A stretch of 64,000 nucleotides of DNA from Oikopleura dioica (Eukaryota > Animalia > Chordata). A model generated the notes under the pieces. That model ran no database searches and had not been told where the DNA came from. It saw only the letters and a list, made by a program, of their open reading frames with translations. The stretch spans positions 10,168,001 through 10,232,000 of the forward strand of contig OU015568.1 of assembly GCA_907165135.1 (NCBI GenBank), written 5' to 3'. Both the position numbers and the translations under genes were made by a program. Shown here one piece after another: positions 12,194 through 24,492 of this stretch (the stretch's first letter is position 1; the number at the start of each line of letters is the position of its first letter).

Positions 12194-12492
12194 TCTTCCT
12201 TCAACAGAATGAATGTTCTGTACTCAGAAATCATAAGCTGTCTCCCTTTCTCTTCTCAATTAGTGGACCGCAATTGCCTAATAAATTATTAAAAGAATAA
12301 TGTTACACAATTGTTTTGATTTTATTGGTTTTTGAAAATCCGAAAACATGGTTTTGCTCGGGCTCCGGGGCGAGAAAACAGTGACCCAAATGTCAGCTTC
12401 TTCTAAACTCAGAAACAACAGCAAAAAATCCCGTAACTACGGGTTAAATTACTCTACAGTAGTTTGGAAGAGACACAAAAGCTCCTTCACAG

Positions 12493-13068
12493 ATGAACAG
12501 GCAAGAGAAAGCAACAGACAAGGGGAATTGAAAGGGCTCATTTGTAAATTTTAGCCAGACGAGGGCGAATTTCGAAGGCTCCTGGAAGCAAGTGGAGTCG
12601 GAGAGATTTGATGAGTTTCTTTCCGCTTTTGGAATCGGCTGGATGAAGAGGAAAATGATGACTTCATCTAACCCAACTATTCAAATTCAAGTTTCCGGAG
12701 ACAACCTCACTATTTCTTATACAGGTGAAACTTTAATTTTTGAAGAAAATTTTTCTATGATATAATTTCATATATCAGTTGTGGGAGTTATTTCTGGCTC
12801 TCACTCGTACAAAATCGGGGGAACTGTCAAGATGAAGAACTACATGCAAGAAGAAGTCGACGCCGACTGCATCATTGAAGACGAGGATAAGATTGTAATC
12901 ATCATGAAAGGTGGCTCTCTCGGAGACGTCAGAATAACTCGAGTTATCGAAGACGGCAAGCTTCATGTTGAACACGTAAGAGCGTATATAAAAGCTTTAT
13001 TCTAACAGTTCCCAAAGAAAATCATGAGCAAGAACATCGTCGCGAACCGTGTTTTCGAACGATCCTAA
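12493..13068 (+). CDS. Fatty-acid-binding protein / iLBP, copy 2 (tandem paralog)
   Basis: Exons 12493-12500, 12555-12724, 12779-12975, about 13009/13018-13068. Same intron positions as copy 1 and highly similar protein. Confidence 0.85.
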
Positions 13069-13916
13069 CCTTCATTCAGCGGATCTGTACTTAGAATACA
13101 TAAGCTGTCTCCCTTTCCCTTCTCATTTAGTAAACCGCAATCGCCTAATAAATTTCAATGAAAAAAATTGTTACACAACGCTTTCAATTTTATTGGCAAG
13201 GGCCTTTGAAGGTATGAACTTTTTCCTTGACTTGTTTGTTGAAGGAGCGTTATTTGTGTTGTTCGTCGGGCTCTTAAAATTTTTCAAACTCTTAAAAATC
13301 AAGAGCAGCTTAGGTTTTACTGAAGCCGATAAAAAATAAGACTTGAGCAGAAAAGCAGATCCGAGAAAAATGTTGATCAGAAAAGAGGAGTGACATTCAA
13401 GGTAAGAAAGTGAAGGTTTTACTGCTAATGAAAAATATTTAATAAAGATGAATGATTTTATTAGACTAAAGATCTTTTCTTTACAATTTGAAAGTTTGAG
13501 CATTCATTTTTTTGCGATTTACAAATCTTCCAAGAGCATTAAAAAGTTCGGCAACATGCAACATCCCATCGTGTTCGTTACATTCCAAATATGGAAAATT
13601 GACTTTTCAGGGAAGGTTATGTTTGCATACAGCCATGGACGAGAAATTTACAGTTGCTGCCAGTAACTTGTAATAAAACTTACTGCCCTCTGTACGAGGA
13701 GAACTTCCGGACGGAAATGGGCCATTTTAAATCGAATAAATTATTGAGATTCTAGGGAGCAAAAATGAACATCATCGCTTTTAGCTTTTTGAGATTCAAA
13801 ATAATGACTGAGCAACGAAAAATGCATATTTCTTGGTATTTTCTCTGATTTCCAGGATGAAGATTGACTACTGATAATTGAAGAGTTCTGACGACAAAAA
13901 AATATAATCCGATGCC

Positions 13917-14117
13917 TTAAATATAATCATTAAAGCTCTCCGAGTACATTTTCTTCCGTTCTTCGTCTTGTTTTACAGATAATTGCTCCTTTATCGCTCC
14001 CTTTATCTCCTCTAAAGACCTTGAGAATGTGAGAACACGTGGGACCCACGGCCAGTTCGAATCCTGTGTGTGAGTCCCAGCCTGCTCCAGGCAAAGTCTG
14101 AGACTCTCTGAGCACAT
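13917..14117 (-). CDS. Possible exon of an unidentified small gene
   Basis: Protein-like ORF (LRLCLEQAG..WPWVPRVLTFSRSLEEIKGAIKEQL) in an otherwise AT-rich region. No family recognised and no gene model completed. Confidence 0.25.
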   Translation of the reverse strand: MCSESLRLCLEQAGTHTQDSNWPWVPRVLTFSRSLEEIKGAIKEQLSVKQDEERKKMYSESFNDYI

Positions 14118-14587
14118 CAGTCACTAATGGCGGAAAATCATATTCAGAATTTGAATAATTTTTAGAAAAGTCTTTTTGCAAAAGAGTTTTAAAAAGGTTT
14201 TTCCATCAGTAAGTTGTTTCGAATATTAGATTTTGAAATAATTTTATAATTATTCAGCCTTTTATTCAATAAAATCACTATATATGTAAACAAATGAACA
14301 TAATTACAAGAAGGAAAAGATTCATTACATCAACCGTGTTCCAAAAATAAGTAACCGACTCAGAGAAATGCTCGAAATTAGAGAATAAGCGATAAAAGCT
14401 CAAGAAGATCGACAAAAATTGACTTACATAACTTGGTGTTGATTTTTTCTTAGACTATTTTTGGCTGCGGACCACTTCGGACAACTTGGCCGTGCCCAAA
14501 TATTGATCTGAAAGCAGGAAGAGGTCTCGCAAGCGCCATAATTCTGCTGCAGAAACCAGTTACAAGAAGAAAATATTTTATACCGCG

Positions 14588-17384
<2,797 letters not shown>

Positions 17385-17910
17385 AGTCAATCCGCAAGCC
17401 TTGGATGAACACAAAAACACTTCTTTTCGAAAACCACTCATCGCAAAAATATACTTAGATGAAAGGCGAGCTGCCTTTTCTCTTCGCTGACTTGCCTCTT
17501 GTCTGTTCTTTGTCTGTCTTTCTAAGTCTAATCCTAGAAATTTACTACTAGAATCTTTTAATTCTTTTTGAGTTTATATGAAAATATAATGACTCTCCAT
17601 GGAAAAGTAAACAGTGTACTAGTATTTAACAGAAATATTGAAATTTTGAATCAGGACAGGTCGATGATGGTTTCTGCGCGTTCGTGGGTGTCCATATTTT
17701 GAAAGTAGATTTTAAGCTGGTAGATGTTCTTAATCTTGATTTTTTGAAATGAAAGAGGGAAGCTGTGATCACGAACAGTTCCTGCTGAAAACCAGCGACA
17801 TTGCAGGTAAGCGAGGAAGTCGCTATTTCTGAATGGTTTGGAATTTGCCAGATTACTGCCACTGCCGCATTTACAAATATAAGCCCAGCCTTGAATATAG
17901 TTTCAGAGTT

Positions 17911-18378
17911 TTACTGCATAAGAAATTTACCTGGATGTAAACGCAAGCTTTCCAGCCGTAAAAATTCTCACCAATCTTTTTGTAATATCTCACGTAGTAT
18001 TTGTAGAAAAGAAGCCACAAAGTTCTAAACTCATAGGACTGTAAATTATCTTGAAAGCTTGGCTTACATGAAAATCGCTGACCAAATGACGTTTCCAACA
18101 ACGAAGCCAAACGATGCAAATGTTGAGCAGGATCCCATCATGAAAAAAGCTAAAAAGACCTTTTCACTCGAATCGGTTTGCAATTAGACTTTACCGTGCA
18201 CGACGCCGAAACAGGAGAGGATGACAAGCATGGATGGACATAAAAATGGCTTGCACATGAAACGCATTCCAAACAAAATGCAGCTGAAGAAGAAAATCAC
18301 GGCGATGGTGAATCGAGCTTGAAGTGCTGGTAAATAGGGACATGAAATTTCATGGCTAAAAAGAGAAGGACGATTCAT
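17911..18378 (-). CDS. Putative small membrane protein of unknown family; 3' end uncertain
   Basis: ATG 18378 and hydrophobic segments (FTIAVIFFFSCILFG, MLVILSCFGVVHGLFSFF). Consecutive GT-AG introns keep the frame open. Extra protein-like sequence at 17626-17900 may belong to it. Confidence 0.35.
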
Positions 18379-18547
18379 AAATAATGTTCAAAGAAAAGTT
18401 ACTCGTTTTTGATGTACTGCAATCTTGGCTCGTAGATCCACATTTTATCTTGTTATGAATGACCACTGATCATCGGCCATTTCATAACAGAAATATTTTC
18501 GTAAAAATGAGTTCTAGAATCTGCAGACCATGGTTGATTAGAGAATG

Positions 18548-18666
18548 CCAATTTGGAACCGGCAAACCAAGTTCGAACCAATCCACATGACCTTACCCCA
18601 ATTTTTTTGTATTTTTATTTTGCTGGCGCTGGGGAGCGCGCGAGTGTGATTCAAATCTGGCGCCAA
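18548..18666. promoter_or_regulatory. Candidate cell-cycle-type promoter: three CCAAT boxes plus a CDE/CHR-like element
   Basis: CCAAT at 18548, 18578 and 18598. The minus strand at 18650-18664 reads GGCGC-CAGA-TTTGAA. Lies in a CG-rich island between divergently oriented genes. Confidence 0.4.
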
Positions 18667-19527
18667 GTTCCTATTCGCGCTGCGATATTCTCGCTCGCGC
18701 GCATTTCGATTCCCCGAGTAGATTTTCATCCCTCCCCGCATTCTGACGCAAGAGAAGAGAAGAGTTTCCTGTTCACAAGAACGCGTAGTCTCCGAAGAAC
18801 CGATGAATTTTTAACAGCTTTTTATTGCGATTCCAGTCGCTTGTCGCCTCCCTAGAGGCAGGTTTGTTTCTAGAACCTTGACGAAGCACGACCGAGAGAA
18901 CGAGCCTCAACCAGTTCAACAGGAAAAACAACATCTCAAAAAGGAATAAGGATATAAAATTAGAGTCGCTTCAATAGTCCTCACAGGCGAATAGAAGAAT
19001 GCTTCAACTTTCTTAATCCGAAAGCTCTAGAAAAAAGTAGAACTTCCTTTTCGATTATATCATGCATTATTCTTAGGTTTAAAAGCCCATATAAGATCTT
19101 AGAAAGTTCAGTAATAAACAAGCTTGTAAATCACTAAAGAGCGAGAACAACATCAAAGCTTTTGGTCCTCAACAACGAGGAGTAGGCCCAATTATTCGTC
19201 TCAATCGCTTGTAAAATTCTACGGGCCTTTTCCGTCTGCGCGTCTTTTCCCTCGATTTCAAGTCTGGCCGACTTTAAAAAGCCTTTTTAAATTGTTGTTA
19301 AATCTCGATGCAACAAATATAGCGATTTCGAAAATTGCACAGCGCCGCTTTTCAGCATTTCGCAGTTGGTTATTGATTGAATATCCTTATAAGAGAAGTT
19401 TTTACGATGAGCTCCCGCGTAAGCAACTACAGACCTCCACCAACGACCAGCACAGTTCCAGTAGCGCCAAGTACCTCCAGAAACGTCGTCGATCAAGTCC
19501 TGGCCTCGTTCCAGCCATCGATTCGCC

Positions 19528-21151
19528 ATGACTCTGATCCAAAGAAGTAAGTTTCTTGCCACTTTTATCTGACCGAGAAAGTACCTTGTTTTTCAACCGC
19601 AGAAAATTTCACGCCATTTCCAAGTGAAAAATTTGCCAATCGTGAAATAGTGCTTTTATGAAAGAAAATACGATGCTTATCTGGCGAGAATGTAAGAGAT
19701 CGTTTTTCATGATTTCACTTTGATCTTTGAAGTATTTTTGATGGAATTTAGATTCACTTGATTAGTAAAGAATTAAATTTTTAAAATTATTGAAAAACTT
19801 GATTTTATAATTTTTTGAGATTATTCTTATTTACGCAATTTTCTAGTACCTTTTCGCGGAATTCTTGAAATGTGACTTTGTCATGCGTATTTGATGACTA
19901 GATTTTTGACGATTAGGCGAGGAAAGAGCTCAAGTCTCCAAATTTCCCAATTTCCAGATTTTTTTACAATGAATTATTTACGCAAACGCAAAAGAGAAAA
20001 TATGACTATGTCAAGTCGTAAGATCAGGTCCGGTAGTAAGTTTTTTCAGAACTGATTTTGCATTTCAAGGTTCGATGATTATTACGAAAAAGGAAAGCTG
20101 ATCGGCTCTGGAGGGTTCGGGTCAGTTCACTCCGGCAAATCCAAGCGCACCAGAGAGAATATTGCGATCAAGTACATTTTGAAGCAGCGCGTGCCCAAGT
20201 GGACCGAAATTGTTGTTGGGGATCAGCCGAAACGAGTCACGTTAGAGATTCAGCTTCTCCGGCGAATTGGCAAGCATGAGAATATCATCGCTCTTCGCGA
20301 GTGGTTTGAAAACTCAGTCGAGTTTATCTTGATCTTCGACCGCCCTGCTGCTCACAAAGATCTGTTTGGTAAAAAAAATCAAAAAGAGTTCAACAAAATT
20401 TGATGATGGTTTTAGATTTCATATCAGATGCTGGGAAGTTATCAGAAAGCGTTTCTCGAAATTTCTTCCGTCAGATTGTCAGTGCCATCGATTTCTGTCA
20501 CAGGTGAATGCAAATCATACTTGCAGAAGTTAAACTGTTATTCAAAAGACGCGGCGTAGCACATCGCGACCTAAAGGACGAAAATTTCGTTGTGGATATG
20601 GACACAAAGCGACTCTTCCTGATCGATTTTGGCTCCGGCGCGCTGCTCCACAACGGCCTCGATACTGTTTACACGGATTTCGATGGGACACGGTAAGAAA
20701 ATCCGTTGAGGGCCTTACTAATTGGGGCGTTTAAGGGTTTACTCTCCGCCTGAATGGATAATGACGAAAAGATATACTGCCAATGGCCTTGCTGTTTGGT
20801 CATTAGGCATTTTGCTTTACGATATGCTTTCAGGCGACATACCCTGGGATAATGATCAGGTAAAAAAGTCAACTTTAATTTCAATAATTAGGGATTTTTA
20901 AGGACATTTGCACAGGCAAGCTTCTCCCAGAAGATCAAATAAAATCGAATAATCCGACAAACCAAGTGCCGCTCTTCACAAAATGGAGCGCAGAACTCAA
21001 GGACCTGCTCATAAGAATGCTTCAGCACGATCAAAAACGCCGCATAAAGATGGAGCAGGTCCTTACTCACTCTTTTGTCAAAACGTCTACCCTTTCTTAC
21101 TCGAGCCCGGCTAGAGTAACTCGCAGTATGACGAGCAAAACTCGTCGGTGA
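19528..21151 (+). CDS. Pim-family serine/threonine kinase
   Basis: [14 protein letters not shown], Pim hinge [61 protein letters not shown]. All introns GT-AG and frame-consistent from ATG 19528. Confidence 0.93.
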
Positions 21152-21564
21152 TGTACTCTCAATTATGGCTTTTACATCTTGAATAGTATCAATGTGAAAT
21201 GTTAACTAGTCTTGAAAAATTACACTTTTATTGCTGCTCAAAACATTTTCTCTTACGGTTAATTATCTAGAGCCTCATTCTATGTATGAAATACCCTTAA
21301 ATGCCCACAAAGAAAATTAAACGATAATTCGTTGCCTCAAAATCTGCTCCATGCTGGTCCCACTTATCTGGTTCCAATTTCCTAACTGTTCTCTACTTGC
21401 ATTTTACTGTGCTTATACTTTTAATTTGCTCAATCCAAAATGATGAATCAATAAATTTTTTTCTGACGAATTGAAGTTTGCGTTGATTTATTTGTAATTG
21501 TATTGGGTTCACAATTATCAAATTTCCTCTTGTGGGTTCTTTTTGGCCCGCAAGAGTGGCCACT

Positions 21565-23927
21565 TTAGCAAGGTGTGACTGTGTAAGTTCCTTGATAAGT
21601 ATCTGCCTTGTTTCCTTTTGTTGTTGGAAGCCCAATCGCAGCCTTAATGAAAACGGGGGAAAAAACAAGGAGGAAAATAGTGTTACCTTGAACGCAGAGT
21701 GGCTGAGAGCTATGTGCCCAGGTCCATCATAAACGTCGACAATTTGAACCTTGGCAATCGGACCACCTTTGCAGCCGCTAAAAGGTGGACACCAGACAAA
21801 TACGCATCTGAAAAGAAAAAATACAAATTTGTATTTTTGATAAACTTACTTTCCACAATCGTCTCGAGATCCGACCCTGGAGTTGATCGCGGCGTAAATA
21901 GCAGATTTAGGGTTGATTCCGCAGACTCCGCTCTAAAGAATGAAACTGTTTAGTATTTTCTCTTGGTAGAATATTTACTGTTGGATTTGCCGGAGCGCCG
22001 ATTCCAGTAAGTGATTGAAGTGAACCTCCAAAAGATGTTTTCTTCGTAGTTGGTGGCTGGGTAGTCGTTGTTGTTCGCGGGGTGGTTTTTTCTTCAATCA
22101 AAAAGGGACTGAGGAAATCCGCAATGAAATTATCAAACTGAGCTCCAGTTGCGCCGAGGTTTCTATCCTTGACAGGCGATTCCATGATTGGGGCCGCCAT
22201 TTGTTGCTCGAAAATGGAACTGCTAGGAGAATCATGCTGCTTTTTCTTTTGCGCTTCTAAATCACGGCATCTCTTGATGTTTTTTCCAGGTGGGCAATCC
22301 ACCTTTCCACCAGCTAAAAAATAGTTTTTTTTAGCTGACAATTAGAAGAATAAAATAATGACGGCTTGAATGAACTTATTCAGACTCATAGGAGTAACTG
22401 GCAATTGTAAATTGCTGACAAGAATTATATGAGATATAATTACTTTTTCCTCCTTTGCCTCCTTTTGCACCTTTCCCGCCCTTCTTCCTAGGACGGGTTG
22501 TTGCAGCGGGCCGAGTTGGCCGGACATAAGGTGTCGTTCTTCGCGTCGTTCTTCTCGTGGTTGTTCGGCGTGTTGTTGTCGCTGAAGTCGGTTTGGGTTT
22601 GCTTCCGAAAAATCCGCCACCAGATGAACCGGATCCAAAGACACTCATGAAGCTTCCGCCACCTTTTTTAAGATCATTTACCGCTGAATACTGCAATGAA
22701 AAAATCCCTATCCATAAATTAAATGAACGTTTCCTGATGACGACCCAAACATGCCACCCGAGGACACTTTCTTGGGTGGAGTCGCTGGGGGAGCGCTTTT
22801 CGAAGGCTTAGAACCTCCGAACAAAGATCCCATTTGGCTGAAGATGCCTTTCGATTGCGTCACAATCTTCTTCGCTTGTTCCCCAGCAGGTGCAGGCTTG
22901 CCATCCAAATAGGCAAACTTGCCAATTTCCCAGTCTAGCAGCTTTGTTCTGACTCTAGCTCCACTATCATATTGAAGATATATTTCTAATGGAGCAGAGA
23001 GTGTGGTTTTTGGGCTCATCTTCCCACGCCAGTAGAAGTAATCAGCGCCTGACTTGAAAGGGTCTTGAGAGACGATGAATTTGGTCTTCGTATTTGCAGG
23101 ACGGATTCGCATCCATGTAATTTTTTCCGGAACATCGATTGGCTGGACTTCCCAAGATCCAGATTTGTTATTATCTGTTGCTGAGTTCTAGCGTGCGACT
23201 CGTGTTTTCCCCGTGTTTGAGTAAACAGAGAAATCTCCATTTCCTTCATTCGATGTTATTTTGACTGACTCGCGAACTTTTCCTGTGACGTAAAGCTTTG
23301 GTCGGCGTTCTTGTGGACATTTTACGAAATTCCATGCGATGTTCATAGAACTTACTCTGTTCGCTTTTGATCCCATGAGACCGTTCCAAGCCTTTTGGTT
23401 GACTTCGATTTCTTCGTCTTCATAAGTCGTAGTGGCTTGGGCGACGACTTTAGCGATGATCTTTCTTGGTCTACCAGAGCTGTCTCGCTCACAGAATTGA
23501 CCAACGCACGAAATTTGCGCGCACTTTTAGGGGATCAAAACACAAAATAATTCGAAAATTGCATAATGAAATTGAAAAATGTAGCATTCGAAATCATGGT
23601 TCTAAAACCCGACCCCGTCCACAGCTACTAAAGCTTCTCAATGTTCGACCATTGACGGCCATAATATAATCATCATTAACTTCAACAAGTTGGCAGCCAA
23701 TGCCTCCTCGTTTATTTATATCTTCGAGGTTTGGATTCGGTTTGACTTTTCCCGAAGTAGCAACTAAAATATCACATGTTTTTCTCTAGTTCTCACTTTC
23801 GATCTTCAGTTGTACGTCGATTTTTTCTCTTACCTTCTCCATTTCTTTGTGTAATTTTTCTTAGAATTTTGTCACCTCTAGCCGCAGAGGCACCAGTTGC
23901 GAGCGAGAACACCGCAACGAGCTTCAT
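21565..23927 (-). CDS. Secreted Thr/Gly-rich protein with a C-terminal expansin/loosenin-like double-psi beta-barrel (RlpA-like DPBB) domain
   Basis: Signal peptide MKLVAVFSLATGASA and mucin-like TTTRRTTTRR / TTPRTTTTTQPPTT tracts. Last three exons (21932-21850, 21807-21687, 21642-21565; GT-AG introns of 46, 42 and 44 nt) encode SGVCGINPKSAIYAAINS..DDCGKCVFVWC..KVQIVDVYDGPGHIALSHSAFKAAIG..TYTVTPC*. Confidence 0.75.
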
Positions 23928-24492
23928 CGGAGAAAAGTATCAGCCTGGTGTTGTGTTTTTTTTCTCCAATTTTTGTTATCAGCAGAGCGTCGGCTCAGCG
24001 TGGAGTTGATGGCGCCTGGGAGTCGAACATGAGAGATCACGATCGTGCTTTTTCGAAAGTTTGATAAGAGCGCCATTTGAACTTCCGCAGCTGCTCTTGT
24101 TTATATTTTATTATAGACAGTTATCAATATTTTCCCTAAGTTGTGTAATAGTCAAAATATTTCCACTCTCAATTAACCCAAAGATACTTCGTCTTCTTGA
24201 TGTTCTAATAGTACAAATATTTGTTTAAATTTTTATGCCCTTACAATTATTTTTATGATTTGGAAATCAAGCCATAAATTAACAATTCGCCGGATATCAT
24301 TTTTTGGAGTCCTCGTGTTAGCAATGCCCTTTTGAGCAATGGGCTGCGTTAACATTGAAGTCGGTAAATATCATTCGGCAAGTAACGTCAGGAATTTTTT
24401 CGTTCTGCCTCGTCTTCTAGCCAACTATCTTTCGTTTTTTCGTGCTAAGAGATTCAAGATCAAAGTGAAGGGACCGTTGATAGAACAGGAAA

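Larger units (their letters stand above)
11120..13190 (+). repeat. Tandem gene duplication (FABP unit including upstream element and 3' UTR)
   Basis: The block AAAACATnnTTTTGCTCGGGCTCCnGGGCGAGA..TCAGCTTnTTCT occurs at about 11128 and 12343. GAGACACAAAAGCTCC precedes both ATG exons. The 3' UTRs share CATAAGCTGTCTCCCTTTC...CCTAATAAA. Confidence 0.9.
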
